Source: an uncultured Actinomycetota bacterium (GTDB taxonomy: Bacteria; Actinomycetota; Actinomycetes; Actinomycetales; CAWJMD01). From it: DNA of 64,000 bases. The translations under genes were made by a program, and so were the position numbers. The stretch is from NCBI GenBank assembly GCA_963715595.1, contig OY970255.1, positions 1,663,784 to 1,727,783 on the forward strand, read 5' to 3'. Below, piece after piece: positions 51,350 through 61,470 of this stretch; position 1 is the first letter of the stretch, and each line of letters begins with the position of its first letter. The notes under the pieces were generated by a model. That model had not been told where the DNA came from. It did no database searches and was given only the letters and a program-made list of their open reading frames with translations.

Positions 51350-52147
51350 TCATCGATTCCCGTTCGCGCCCAGGAACGACCGCACGAGCGGGGTGACCCG
51401 GTCGGCCATCTCGACGAAGAAGCCGTGCCGTCCGTCCGGGACGACCTCGAGCACCGCACCGGGCACCCGGGCCGCGACGAGGCGGGCGTTCTGCACGGGC
51501 GTCATCCGGTCCTCGCCCCCGTGGAGCACCAGCGTGGGTGCCGCGACCTGCGGCAGCAGGTCCCACGCGTCGTGACCGTCGCTGACCCGCAGGTGCGCAC
51601 GCCGCTCGGCCGCCGACATGGCCGGGTCGCCGAAGAGGCGGTCGTCCTCCGGGCTCCCGGGGTGCGCGGGGGTGAAGAACAGCTCGTGCAGCGCGGCCCT
51701 GCGCCGTCCCGGGTCGGGGTCGCCCAGCAGGCGGCGCACCTCGGGCCCACGCTCGACGGCGTGCGGCCCCCCGGGCGAGGTGCACGCCAGCACCAGGCGG
51801 TCGACGAGGTCGGGACGGCGGGCCGCCAGCACCTGGGCGACGCGTCCGCCCATCGACGTGCCGTAGACCGCGACGGGGCGCCCGACGACCTGGTCGACGA
51901 CGGCTGCCACGTCGTCGGCGAACGAGCGCGACGTCCAGGGGCCCACCCCGCCGCGGCTGCCGCCCGTCCCCCGCCAGTCGAGGGTCAGGACGCGGAACGC
52001 GTCGTCGAACGCACCCCGCAACCCGTCCCACCACACGTGGGAGTTGGCCTGCCCGGCGAGCAGGACGAGCGGCGGCCCGTCGGCGCGGCCGCTCGCCTGC
52101 ACGGCGAGCGGCGCCCCGTCGGGCGCGGCGACGGTCGTGGACCTCAT
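51350..52147 (-). CDS. Alpha/beta hydrolase
   Basis: Nucleophile elbow YGTSMGG, LVLHGGED, and a C-terminal DGRHGFF motif. Confidence 0.85.
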   Translation of the reverse strand: MRSTTVAAPDGAPLAVQASGRADGPPLVLLAGQANSHVWWDGLRGAFDDAFRVLTLDWRGTGGSRGGVGPWTSRSFADDVAAVVDQVVGRPVAVYGTSMGGRVAQVLAARRPDLVDRLVLACTSPGGPHAVERGPEVRRLLGDPDPGRRRAALHELFFTPAHPGSPEDDRLFGDPAMSAAERRAHLRVSDGHDAWDLLPQVAAPTLVLHGGEDRMTPVQNARLVAARVPGAVLEVVPDGRHGFFVEMADRVTPLVRSFLGANGNR

Positions 52148-52334
52148 CGCGTCGCAGTCTCCACCAGCGGGCGCGTGAGCCGCAGGGCGAGCGGGACCGT
52201 CACGACGAACGAACCGGTCGGAAGGCGCCGACGCCGCACCACCCCTCGTCGACCGCGCAGGCCCCCGATAGCCCGTCGTCGCGCGGTCCGGGCGTCGGGT
52301 AGGCTCGTCCCGCTCGCCGGGAGACCGCGGGCAT

Positions 52335-52408
<74 letters not shown>

Positions 52409-52414
52409 CAACGA

Positions 52415-52444
52415 AGAGGGGCCCGGCTGGTGCCGGGCCCCTCT
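52415..52444 (+). terminator. GC-rich hairpin immediately after tRNA-Pro
   Basis: agaggggcccgg-ctggtg-ccgggcccctct forms a perfect 12-bp stem with no T tract. A second hairpin, agcgggca-cga-tgcccgct, follows near 52451-52471. Confidence 0.5.
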
Positions 52445-52578
52445 CGCTGTCAGCGGGCACGATGCCCGCTCCGGCCGGCCCGCCGCGAGGACGGCCCGTG
52501 TGCGAGGGTCGGCGGGTGCACGTCACGAGGCAGCCGCGGGATCACCACCACGACGTCGCGCGCCGGCTCTGACCCGAC

Positions 52579-53367
52579 GTGCCCTTCACGCTGTCGCACG
52601 CGGCCGCCGTCCTGCCGCTGCGTCGGAGTCCGCTCGTCCTCGCCGCGCTGGTGGCCGGCGCGATGGCGCCGGACGTGCCGTACTTCGTGCGTGCCACCGG
52701 CGTCGCGGTCTCGGCCGGGTCGTGGTTCGAGCCGCTGGCGAACGGCACGACGTCGCACGGCTGGCCCGGCGCGTTGACGGTGTCGGTTCCCCTCGGCCTG
52801 GCGCTGTACGGCGCCTTCCTGGTCGCCCGACGCCCGCTCGGCGCGCTGGGGCCGGACGGCCGACCTCCCGCCCGCCCGGTGCGCTCGGCGGCGGCCGGCG
52901 CGCTCCTGGTCGTGGTGTCGGTGGCGGTCGGCGTCCTCACGCACGTGGTGTGGGACGCCTTCACCCACACCGACGGGTGGGGCGTGGCGCTGGTCGAGCC
53001 GCTGCAGCGACCGGTCGGTGCCGGGCTCACCGTGGCGAGGCTGCTGCAGCACCTCAGCAGCGTGCTCGGCCTCGTCGCCGTCGCTGCCGTGGCCTGGCGC
53101 CACCGCGACCGCTGGCTCGCCCCGCGCGGCACCCGCCCTGCGCGTCGGCAGCGGCTGTCCCTGGTGTGGGCGGCCCCTGCCGCGACCGTCGGTGCCCTGC
53201 TGACGACCTCGCGGTGGTGGGGCGGCGGTCCTCGCTGGATGGAGCCGCCCCAGGCCGTCGAGGCCGCCGTGTCCGATGCCGTCAAGGGCGCCGGGCTCGG
53301 CGTCGTCACCGCGGCCGCCGTCGCGGTGGCGTGGTGGTGGCTGCGTCGCGCCGCCGGCCGCCGGTGA
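52579..53367 (+). CDS. DUF4184 family membrane protein
   Basis: The MPFTLSHAAAVLPL N-terminus, APDVPYF, and THVVWDAFTH histidine motifs. Confidence 0.7.
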   Translation: MPFTLSHAAAVLPLRRSPLVLAALVAGAMAPDVPYFVRATGVAVSAGSWFEPLANGTTSHGWPGALTVSVPLGLALYGAFLVARRPLGALGPDGRPPARPVRSAAAGALLVVVSVAVGVLTHVVWDAFTHTDGWGVALVEPLQRPVGAGLTVARLLQHLSSVLGLVAVAAVAWRHRDRWLAPRGTRPARRQRLSLVWAAPAATVGALLTTSRWWGGGPRWMEPPQAVEAAVSDAVKGAGLGVVTAAAVAVAWWWLRRAAGRR

Positions 53368-53406
53368 GGGCCGGCGTCCGGACGTCGCCGTGCGGACCGT
53401 GACGCC

Positions 53407-54044
53407 TCACCCTGTCCCGGCGGGCAGCAGCAGGACGTTCCCCACCTTGCGTCCGGTGTCGACGCGGGCGTGCGCGGCCGACTCCCGCTGGTGGCGGCGG
53501 TGACGTGGGCCCCGAGGATCCGCGCGGCCTGCACGGCGCTGGTGCCGACCGCACCGCCGGCGCCCACGACGAGCACCCGGGCGCGGGCACGCAGGCGGCC
53601 CTTGTCGCGCAGGTACGGCAGCGCCGTGGTGCCGCCGAACAGGATCGCGGCGGCGGTGCCGTGGTCGAGGCCCGGGGGCAGCGGGACCACCCGCTGCCGC
53701 GTGACGACCGCGAGCTCGGCGTGCCCGCCCATCCGCGTGCCGTTCATCGCGCTCACCGCGTCGCCGACCGCGACGTCGTCGACGCCGGGCCCGACCGCCA
53801 CGACGACCCCGGAGAGGGCAGCGCCGAGCACGGGCCGTCGCGGTCGCGCCCAGCCCAGGGCCAGGCGGGCCGGGAGGCCGAGCCCGCGGGGGAACCGCGC
53901 GCCCCGGATCCGGGCGTCGCCCGCGGTGACGGCCGCCGCCCGCACGCGCACCAGCACCTCCCCCGGGCGGGGCTCGGGGTCGGGCAGCTCGACGACCCGC
54001 ACCACGTCCGGGGGTCCGTACCCCGGCACCACGGCAGCCCTCAC
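53407..54044 (-). pseudogene. Zn-type/quinone oxidoreductase (MDR family) with a large internal deletion
   Basis: The N-terminal ~190 aa are intact (MRAAVVPGYGPPDVVRVVELPDP..VLVVGAGGAVGTSAVQAARILGAHVTA). They then join directly, and out of frame, to a typical C-terminal tail ESAAHARVDTGRKVGNVLLLPAGTG* (stop at 53407-53409). About 100 expected residues are missing. Confidence 0.6.
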
Positions 54045-54083
54045 GGCGACCCCTTCCTTACATGCGTAAGCCTGATACGCGGT

Positions 54084-54099
54084 ACTGTAGCCTTACAGT
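54084..54099. promoter_or_regulatory. Inverted repeat in the divergent promoter region (candidate TetR operator)
   Basis: ACTGTAgcctTACAGT lies between the oxidoreductase remnant and the TetR gene. The RBS aagggagg precedes GTG 54125. Confidence 0.4.
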
Positions 54100-54124
54100 C
54101 GTAAGTCGACAAGGGAGGTGCGAC

Positions 54125-54778
54125 GTGGTCCCCCGTCCGGGCCTGAGCAGGGAGCGCGTGGTCGAGGCGGCCGCGGCGGTCGCCGACCGCGGCGGCCTCG
54201 CCGCGGTCAGCATGCGCAGCGTCGGCAAGGAGCTCGGCGTCGAGGCGATGTCGCTCTACCACCACGTCGACGGCAAGGAGGCGCTGCTCGACGCCCTCGT
54301 CGAGCACGCCTTCGCGCAGATCGAGCTGCCCCGTGCCGACGAGCCGTGGCGCCCGGCCATGGCGCGGCGCGCCTCGTCGGCCCGCCAGGTGCTCGCCGCC
54401 CACCCGTGGGCGCTGGGGCTGATCGAGTCGCGACCGGTTCCCGGACCGTCGCTGCTGCGGCACCACGACTCGGTCGTCGGCTGCCTGCTCGGCGGCGGCT
54501 TCCCGCTGCGCCTGGCCGCGCACGCGTTCTCGGTGCTCGACGCCTACGTGTACGGCTTCGTCCTCACCGAGCAGAGCCTGCCGTTCGAGGCCGTCGGCGG
54601 GGAGGCCGAGTACGCCCAGGGCCTGTCGCTGGTCGCCGACGACCACCCGCACCTGGTCGGCATGCTCGGCGCCCTGCTGTCCGAGCCGGACTACCGGTTC
54701 GCCGACGAGTTCGACTACGGGCTCGAGATCGTCCTGGACGGCCTGCAGACCCGGCTCGACGCCGAGGTCGCGCGATGA
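54125..54778 (+). CDS. TetR-family transcriptional regulator (tetracycline-repressor-like C-terminal domain)
   Basis: HTH motif LAAVSMRSVGKELGVEAMSLYHHVDGKEALLDAL. The C-terminal region has FSVLDAYVYGFVLTEQSLPF. Confidence 0.85.
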   Translation: MVPRPGLSRERVVEAAAAVADRGGLAAVSMRSVGKELGVEAMSLYHHVDGKEALLDALVEHAFAQIELPRADEPWRPAMARRASSARQVLAAHPWALGLIESRPVPGPSLLRHHDSVVGCLLGGGFPLRLAAHAFSVLDAYVYGFVLTEQSLPFEAVGGEAEYAQGLSLVADDHPHLVGMLGALLSEPDYRFADEFDYGLEIVLDGLQTRLDAEVAR

Positions 54779-55155
54779 GCGCCGTCGCGGCCTGGTTCTT
54801 CACCGGGCTGCTGGTGTCGCTGTCGGTGCTGCAGGTGCTCCTCGCCACGGGCCGGTCCTGGGGAGCCCTGGCGTGGGGCGGGCAGCACCGGGTGCTCCCC
54901 CGGCGCCTGCGCGTCGCCAGCGCGGTGTCGCCGCTGCTGTACGCCGGCTTCGCCGCGCTGCTGCTCAGCCGCAGCGGGGTGCTGCCCGGGGGTGGTTCGA
55001 CGCCGGTCGTTGTCGGCACCTGGGTGCTGGTGGCCTACCTCGCGGTCGGCGTCGTCGTGAACGCGATCTCGCGCAGCCGTCCCGAGCGGTTGGTGATGAC
55101 GCCGCTCGCGCTGGCGCTGGTCGCGTGCGCCCTCGTCGTCGCTCTCGAGGTGTGA
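54775..55155 (+). CDS. Hypothetical membrane protein
   Basis: A four-TM, 126-aa protein. ATGA overlap with the TetR gene. Confidence 0.55.
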   Translation: MSAVAAWFFTGLLVSLSVLQVLLATGRSWGALAWGGQHRVLPRRLRVASAVSPLLYAGFAALLLSRSGVLPGGGSTPVVVGTWVLVAYLAVGVVVNAISRSRPERLVMTPLALALVACALVVALEV

Positions 55156-55168
55156 CCGCGAGAGCGGT

Positions 55169-56656
55169 TCAGCGACGGCGCTTCTCGCGCACCCGCACCG
55201 ACACCTCGATCGGCGTGCCCTCGAACCCGAAGGTCTCGCGCAGGCGGCGCTCGATGAAGCGGCGGTACCCGGCCTCGATGAAGCCGGACGCGAACACCAC
55301 GAACCGCGGCGGGCGCGTCGACGGCTGCGTCGCGAACAGGATGCGCGGCTGCTTGCCCCCGCGCACCGGGTGCGGGTGGGCCGCGACCAGCTCGCCGAAG
55401 AAGGCGTTCAGGCGACCGGTCGACACGCGCTTGTCCCACGAGTCGAGGGCGACGTCGAGGGCGGGCACGAGCCGCTCGAGGTGGCGCCCGGTGGTGGCCG
55501 AGATGTTGACCCGTGGGGCCCACTGCACCTGCACCAGGTCGCGCTCGATCTCGCGCTCGAGGTAGCGGCGGCGCTCGTCGTCCATGAGATCCCACTTGTT
55601 GTAGGCGATCACGAGCGCGCGGCCGGCGTCGATCACCATCGACAGGATGCGGGTGTCCTGCTCGGTGAGGGTCTCGCTGGAGTCGATCAGGACGACGGCG
55701 ACCTCGGCCTTCTCGAGCGCGCCCTGGGTGCGCAGCGAGGCGTAGAAGTCGGCGCCGGACGTCTGGTGCACGCGGCGGCGGATGCCGGCGGTGTCGACGA
55801 ACTGCCACTGCCGTCCGGCCAGGGTGACGACCTCGTCGACCGGGTCGCGGGTGGTGCCGGCGACCTGGTCGACCACGACGCGGTACGAACCGACCATCTT
55901 GTTCAGCAGCGAGGACTTGCCGACGTTCGGCTTGCCCACCAGGGCCACCCGGCGCGGACCGCCCTCGCCGTACACGTCGCCGACCTGGGACTCGCTGGGC
56001 AGCACCGCCATCACGGCGTCGAGCAGGTCGCCCGAGCCGCGGCCGTGCACCGCCGACACGGGGAACGGCTCGCCGAGGCCGAGGCTCCACAGCGCCGCGG
56101 CGTCGGCCTCGCCCTTGGCGTCGTCGACCTTGTTCGCGGCCAGCACCACCGGCTTGCCGGAGCGGCGCAGCATGGTCACCACCCGCTCGTCGGTGGCGGT
56201 CGCCCCGACGGTGGCGTCGACGACGAACACCACGGCGTCGGCGAGCTCGACGGCCACCTCGGCCTGCTTGGCCACCGCGGCGTCGAGGCCGAGCACGTCG
56301 ACCTCCCAGCCACCGGTGTCGACGAGGACGAAGTCGCGACCGGCCCACTCGGCGCGGTACCGCACGCGGTCGCGGGTCACGCCCGGGACGTCCTGCACGA
56401 CGGCCTCGCGGCGGCCGAGGATGCGGTTCACCAGCGTCGACTTGCCGACGTTCGGCCGTCCGACGACCGCCAGCACCGGCAGCGGTCCGCGGGTCTCGTC
56501 GTCGAGGTCGACCACCTCGCCCTCGATGAGCGCGCGGTCCTCCTCCGACAGCTCGTAGTCGTCGAGCCCGACCCGCAGGGCGGGGGTGGGGTCGACGAAT
56601 TCCTGCGTCGCGCCATCGGCCTCGTCGGGGCGGTCCTGCTCGGGTCCGTCGGTCAC
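55169..56656 (-). CDS. der: Ribosome biogenesis GTPase Der (EngA)
   Basis: Two G domains ([18 protein letters not shown] and [18 protein letters not shown]) and a KH-like C-terminus. Confidence 0.95.
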   Translation of the reverse strand: MTDGPEQDRPDEADGATQEFVDPTPALRVGLDDYELSEEDRALIEGEVVDLDDETRGPLPVLAVVGRPNVGKSTLVNRILGRREAVVQDVPGVTRDRVRYRAEWAGRDFVLVDTGGWEVDVLGLDAAVAKQAEVAVELADAVVFVVDATVGATATDERVVTMLRRSGKPVVLAANKVDDAKGEADAAALWSLGLGEPFPVSAVHGRGSGDLLDAVMAVLPSESQVGDVYGEGGPRRVALVGKPNVGKSSLLNKMVGSYRVVVDQVAGTTRDPVDEVVTLAGRQWQFVDTAGIRRRVHQTSGADFYASLRTQGALEKAEVAVVLIDSSETLTEQDTRILSMVIDAGRALVIAYNKWDLMDDERRRYLEREIERDLVQVQWAPRVNISATTGRHLERLVPALDVALDSWDKRVSTGRLNAFFGELVAAHPHPVRGGKQPRILFATQPSTRPPRFVVFASGFIEAGYRRFIERRLRETFGFEGTPIEVSVRVREKRRR

Positions 56657-57351
56657 GGGGTCACCTCTCCCACCTCGGCGCGGACGACGTCCAGCACCGC
56701 CTGCACCGTCTGCTCGAGGTCGAGCTCGGACGAGTCGATCGTGACCACGCCGTCGGCGGCGCGCAGGAACTGCGAGACGGTCGAGTCGTCGCGGTCGCGG
56801 CGCAGCACCTGGTCGCGGGTGGCGTCGGCCTGGTCGTCGCCGACCTGGTCCTGGGCCGACCGGCGGCGCACGCGGGCGTCCTCGTCGGCGGTGAGCAGCA
56901 CCCGCACGTCGGCGTCGGGCGCCACGACGGTGGTGATGTCGCGCCCCTCGGCCACGACGCCGGGGTGCTCGAGCGCCGCGATCAGCTCGCGCTGGCGGCG
57001 CTGCAGCTCGGCGCGCACCTCGAGGTTGGTCGCGACGGCGCTCACCACGGCCGAGATGGCGCGGTCGCGGATCGCCTCGGCGACGTCGGTCTCGCCGACG
57101 TGCACGGTGGGGCCGTCGGGGTCGGTGCCGAGGCGCAGGTCGATCGTCTGCGCGGCGTCGGCCACCGCGCCGTGCTGGGCCAGGTCGATGTCGCGCCGCA
57201 GGCACCACCAGGTGACCGCGCGGTACATCGCGCCGGTGTCGAGGTAGGCCAGGCCGAGCCGGCGCGCGACGCCGCGGCTCACGCTGGACTTGCCCGACCC
57301 GGAGGGGCCGTCGATGGCGACGACCAGGCCGTCACCGGAACGCGCACGCAC
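56653..57351 (-). CDS. cmk: Cytidylate kinase
   Basis: [40 protein letters not shown] overlap with der. Confidence 0.9.
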   Translation of the reverse strand: MRARSGDGLVVAIDGPSGSGKSSVSRGVARRLGLAYLDTGAMYRAVTWWCLRRDIDLAQHGAVADAAQTIDLRLGTDPDGPTVHVGETDVAEAIRDRAISAVVSAVATNLEVRAELQRRQRELIAALEHPGVVAEGRDITTVVAPDADVRVLLTADEDARVRRRSAQDQVGDDQADATRDQVLRRDRDDSTVSQFLRAADGVVTIDSSELDLEQTVQAVLDVVRAEVGEVTP

Positions 57352-57430
57352 GAGGTACCTCTGTTCTGCTGGGGGAACGCCCCAGCCTACGGGCGCGCAC
57401 CACGTCCGCCCCAATCGGTCGCTCGGTCAC

Positions 57431-57508
57431 CGTCCCCGCAGAGTGTGAACCCCAGGCGCGACACGCCCGGCGTGTCGCGCGTCCGGGTCACACTCTGCGG
57501 CCGGGACG
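57431..57508. repeat. Long nested, near-perfect palindrome (extended hairpin) between tyrA and cmk
   Basis: The outer arms 57436-57452 and 57485-57500 (ccgcagagtgtgaaccc / gggtcacactctgcgg) pair over 16 bp with one bulge. The inner arms 57456-57466 and 57470-57480 (gcgcgacacgc / gcgtgtcgcgc) pair over 11 bp. Confidence 0.6.
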
Positions 57509-57524
57509 GTGCGGTGCTCGCCGA

Positions 57525-58634
57525 TCAGCCGGCGAGCTCCCAGCCGCCGTCGCGGAGCACCTGCTCGAGCCGCTCGCGCGCGGCGGGCACCACCGACACC
57601 TCGGCCAGGCCGACCAGCCGGTCGGGGACGTGCTCCAGGCGCAGGTCCTCGAGGTTGACGTCGTGCTCGCCCATGAACGCCAGCAGCCGACCGAGCTCGC
57701 CCGGGCGGTCGGGCACCTGCACGGTGACCACCGCGAACCGCTGCGGCGCGGCGCCGTGCTTGCCGGGGATCCGCGACTGGCCGCGCACGCCGGCGTCGAG
57801 CGCGCGGGCGAGCTCGGCGCGGGCACCGGGGGCGTCGGGGTCGGCGGCGAGCGCCTCCAGGGCGGTCACGACGGCGTCGAGGTCGGACCGCAGCGCCCGC
57901 AGCACCTCGGCGACCGGTCCGGCGTTCGCGCCGAGGATCTGCACCCACAGCGCCGGGTCGCTTGCCGCGACGCGGGTGACGTCGCGCAGGCCCTGGCCGG
58001 CGAGCGCAACCGCGGCGTCGTCGGCGTCGACCAGGCGGGCGGCCACCAGGCTCGAGGCCACCTGCGGCACGTGCGAGACACGGGCGACGGCGCCGTCGTG
58101 GTCGGCCGAGGGCATCACGACCGGGGCCGCGCCGAGGTCGACGACCAGGTCGCGGACGGCGGCGACCGCAGCCGGGTCGGTGGTCGCGGCGGGCGTCAGC
58201 ACCCACGGCCGTCCGACGAACAGGTCGCCGCGCGCGGCGACGGCACCCGAGCGCTCGCGCCCGGCCAGCGGGTGCCCACCGACGTAGCGCTCCAGCCCGG
58301 TGACCCCGGACGCCACCAGCGCCGCCAGCGGGCGTCCCTTCACGCTCGCGACGTCGGTGACCACGGCCGCGGGCCAGCGCCGCAGGGCGGCCCCGACGAC
58401 GTCGGCGGTCACGTCGGGGGGTGCGGCCACCACGACCAGGACGGGGTCGGGCTCGCCGTCGCCGCCCTCGAGCCGGCCGGCGCCGAGGTCGCGGGCCAGG
58501 GCGCGGGCGGTCGGCGACGGGTCGTCGAGCACGACGTCGACGCCCAGGGCGCGCAGCCCGAGCCCGACGCTGGCGCCGAGCAGGCCGGTGCCGACGACCC
58601 GCACCGGACCGGTGGTGCGCACGGCGGGACTCAT
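57525..58634 (-). CDS. tyrA: Prephenate dehydrogenase
   Basis: The N-terminal Rossmann motif VRVVGTGLLGASVGLGL, a prephenate dehydrogenase core, and a C-terminal ACT-like region. Confidence 0.85.
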   Translation of the reverse strand: MSPAVRTTGPVRVVGTGLLGASVGLGLRALGVDVVLDDPSPTARALARDLGAGRLEGGDGEPDPVLVVVAAPPDVTADVVGAALRRWPAAVVTDVASVKGRPLAALVASGVTGLERYVGGHPLAGRERSGAVAARGDLFVGRPWVLTPAATTDPAAVAAVRDLVVDLGAAPVVMPSADHDGAVARVSHVPQVASSLVAARLVDADDAAVALAGQGLRDVTRVAASDPALWVQILGANAGPVAEVLRALRSDLDAVVTALEALAADPDAPGARAELARALDAGVRGQSRIPGKHGAAPQRFAVVTVQVPDRPGELGRLLAFMGEHDVNLEDLRLEHVPDRLVGLAEVSVVPAARERLEQVLRDGGWELAG

Positions 58635-58641
58635 CGGGCGG

Positions 58642-59007
58642 TCACTGCGCCAGGTCGCGCCGCAGCCCGACCGCGCCGCGCAGGTAGACGTGCTGGACGT
58701 CGGTGCGAGGCACGTCCATCTCGGCGTGCGCCATCAGGCGCACGACGCGCGGCATCGAGCCCGGGACGTCGATCTCGACGGTGCACAGCAGGGGCACGTC
58801 GCCCATGCCGAGCTCGCGCGCCGCCAGCGCGGGGAACTCGCTGCGCAGGTCGGCGGTGACGGTGAAGACGATGGAGATCAGGTCCTCGGACGACAGCGCG
58901 TTGGCCGTCATCACGGCGGTCACCAGCTCGCGGGTCGAGGCCAGCAGGTGCTCGCGCTCGTCCTCGTCGAGCTGGATCGCCCCACGGATCGCCCGGACCG
59001 CCACCAC
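58642..59007 (-). CDS. aroH: Chorismate mutase, AroH class
   Basis: VRAIRGAIQLDEDE..ISIVFTVTADL..VPLLCTVEIDVPGS..RVVRLMAH is a typical AroH-type sequence of ~120 aa. Confidence 0.85.
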   Translation of the reverse strand: MVAVRAIRGAIQLDEDEREHLLASTRELVTAVMTANALSSEDLISIVFTVTADLRSEFPALAARELGMGDVPLLCTVEIDVPGSMPRVVRLMAHAEMDVPRTDVQHVYLRGAVGLRRDLAQ

Positions 59008-59116
59008 GTCTCCCTCGCCCCGACACCGGTTGTCGGGACCACGGTAGGACCCCGTCCACCCGTCGGGACGGGGTATCCGGCTCGCGAGACGGCGCGGTCC
59101 GACCCGGAGCGCCGGG

Positions 59117-60037
59117 CTAGAGACCGACCGACGCCATCAGGGTGCCGAGCTCCTCGCGGGTGAGGGCGCGGTTCTTGCCCGGCAGCAGGTCGCCCAGCAG
59201 CACCGGACCGATCTGCACCCGCACGAGCTGCAGCACCGGGTGCCCCACCTCGCCGAGCAGGCGGCGGACGATGTGGTGGCGTCCCTCGTGCAGGACGATC
59301 TCGACCAGGGCCTTGCCCGGGCGCGAGTCGACCAGCTTGAACGAGTCGACCTTCACCAGGCCGTCCTCGAGCTCGATGCCGGCCCGCAGGCGCTTGCCGA
59401 GGTCGCGCGGCACGGGGCCGGGGATCTCGGCGAGGTAGGTCTTCGGCACCTCGTACGACGGGTGCTGCATGCGGTGCGAGAAGTCGCCGTCGTTGGTGAC
59501 GAGCAGCAGCCCCTCGGTGTCGACGTCGAGCCGGCCGACGTGGAACAGCCGGTCGGCGCGGTCGCCCACGAGGTCGCCGATCGACGGGCGGCCCTCGGGG
59601 TCGCTCATCGAGCTGACCACGCCGCGTGGCTTGTTGAGCGCCAGGTAGACCTTCGTGGTGTCGAGCTGCAGGCGCATGCCGTCGACGTGGATGACCGCCT
59701 TCTCGGGGTCGACCCGCACGCCGAGCTCGGTGACGACCTGGCCGTCGACCTCGACCCGGCCGGCGGCGATGAGGTCCTCGCTGGCGCGGCGCGAGGCGAC
59801 ACCCGCCTGGGCCAGCAGCTTCTGCAGGCGCACGCCCTCGGGGTCGTGGACGTCGACCGCGGGCTGCGCGGCGCGCGGCGGCTGCGGGCGGCGCTGCGGC
59901 GGACGCGAGCCCTGGCCGGCCTTGCCGCCCTTGCCCTGCGGCTTGCCGCCCTGGCCGGGACGACCGGCCCCGGCCGGCGTGCGGCGGGCGCCGCCCTTGC
60001 CGCCGGCGCCGCGGTCGGACGGCGGACGCGGCGTCAC
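59117..60037 (-). CDS. rluB: rRNA pseudouridine synthase (RluB/RsuA family) with a basic Gly/Pro-rich N-terminus
   Basis: An S4 domain (RLQKLLAQAGVASRRASEDLIAAGRV) and the catalytic motif HVGRLDVDTEGLLL. Confidence 0.9.
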   Translation of the reverse strand: MTPRPPSDRGAGGKGGARRTPAGAGRPGQGGKPQGKGGKAGQGSRPPQRRPQPPRAAQPAVDVHDPEGVRLQKLLAQAGVASRRASEDLIAAGRVEVDGQVVTELGVRVDPEKAVIHVDGMRLQLDTTKVYLALNKPRGVVSSMSDPEGRPSIGDLVGDRADRLFHVGRLDVDTEGLLLVTNDGDFSHRMQHPSYEVPKTYLAEIPGPVPRDLGKRLRAGIELEDGLVKVDSFKLVDSRPGKALVEIVLHEGRHHIVRRLLGEVGHPVLQLVRVQIGPVLLGDLLPGKNRALTREELGTLMASVGL

Positions 60038-60666
60038 GCCGTGCCCTCGGCCAGCTCGTCGAGCACGTCGACGTCGGGCAGGTAGGGGGCGAGGGCGGGC
60101 AGCTCGTCGAGGCTGCCGAGGCCCATGCGCTCGAGGAAGGTGGTGGTGGTGCCGTACAACGTGGCACCGGTGGTCTCGTCAGTGCCGACCTCGGTGACGA
60201 GGCCGCGTGCGGTCAGCGTGCGCACCACACCGTCGACGTTCACACCGCGGACCGCCGAGACGCGGGCGCGGCTGACCGGCTGGCGGTAGGCGACGACGGC
60301 GAGGGTCTCCAGCGCCGCCTGGGTCAGGCGCGCGGTCTGGCCGTCGAGCACGAACCGCTGGACGACCGGCGCGAGCGCCGGCCGGCTGTAGACCCGCCAC
60401 CCGCCGGCGACCTCGCGCAGCTCGAAACCCCGCAGCTGCGAGTCGTACTCGGCGGCGAGCTCGAGGAGCAGCTCGCGCACCCGCTCGCGGGGAAGCACGA
60501 GGGCGGCCGCCAGCTGCACCTCGCTCACCGGCTCGTCGACCACCATCAGCACGGCCTCGAGCGCGGCGCGGGCACCGCCGGGCAGCACGTCGAGGTCGAG
60601 GCCCTCCTCGACCGGGGGGCCACCGGCGTCCGGCTGGCGGTCGGGCTGCGGGTCCGGCTCGGTCAC
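60034..60666 (-). CDS. scpB: Segregation and condensation protein B
   Basis: ALEAVLMVVDEPVS, GGWRVYSRP, TLAVVAYRQPVSRARVSAVRGVNVDGVVRTL. The start is placed at GTG 60666, which overlaps a TGA in another frame (GTGA). Confidence 0.85.
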   Translation of the reverse strand: MTEPDPQPDRQPDAGGPPVEEGLDLDVLPGGARAALEAVLMVVDEPVSEVQLAAALVLPRERVRELLLELAAEYDSQLRGFELREVAGGWRVYSRPALAPVVQRFVLDGQTARLTQAALETLAVVAYRQPVSRARVSAVRGVNVDGVVRTLTARGLVTEVGTDETTGATLYGTTTTFLERMGLGSLDELPALAPYLPDVDVLDELAEGTA

Positions 60667-61470
60667 TGCGGGTCTCCGTCCTGGCGGCGGCGCGTCGTCG
60701 GCCGCCGGGTCGTCCTGGTCGAACTCGTCGCTGACGGCCGACGTCACCCTGCTCGCTGCCCGTCCACCGGACGGTGAGCTCGCCGAGGGCGTCGGCCTGC
60801 TCGAAGGTCACCGCCGCCTCGCGGAACAGCTCGAGCAGGGCGAGGAACCGGGCGACGACGACCAGGGTGGAGTCGGCGTCGGCCACCAGGTCGCGGAAGG
60901 TCGCGACACCGCTGCGGCGCAGCGGGTCACGACGATCTCGGCCTGCTCGGCCACGCTGACCCGCGCGCCGTGCAGGTGGTCGAGGCCGACCTGCTCGGGC
61001 GCGGTGGGCCTCGACAGCGCCCGGGCGGCGATCTGGGCGAGCTGCTCGGGGGTGAGGGCGAACACCAGCTCGGGCAGCAGCCCGGCCAGGTGCGGGTCGA
61101 GCGCGACGGCGCGCGGCGAGCGCCGGCCGGCGGTGGCGAGCCGCTCCCCCAGCACGCCGGCGACCTGCTTGTACGCGCGGTACTGCAGCAGCCGGGCGAA
61201 CAGCAGGTCGCGGGCCTCCAGCAGCGCGAGGTCCTCGTCGTCCTCGACCTGGCCGGACGGCAGCAGCCGGGCGGCCTTGAGGTCGAGCAGCGTCGCGGCC
61301 ACCACGAGGAACTCGCTGGCCTGGTCGAGGTCGAAGATCTCGGCGCGGCGGATGTGGGCGATGAACTCGTCGGTGACCGCCGCCAGCGCCACCTCGGTGA
61401 TGTCGAGCTGGTGCTTGGCGATCAGGCTGAGCAGCAGGTCGAACGGGCCGGTGAAGTTCGTCAGGTGCAC
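60663..61470 (-). CDS. scpA: Segregation and condensation protein A with two or more apparent frameshifts. Both start and end are uncertain.
   Basis: HLTNFTGPFDLLLSLIAKHQLDITEVALAAVTDEF.. is in one frame. After ~60932 it continues as ..RRSGVATFRDLVADADSTLVVVARFLALLELFRE..TVRWTG in a second frame. The acidic tail and stop need further frame changes near 60745 and possibly near 60690. Confidence 0.75.
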
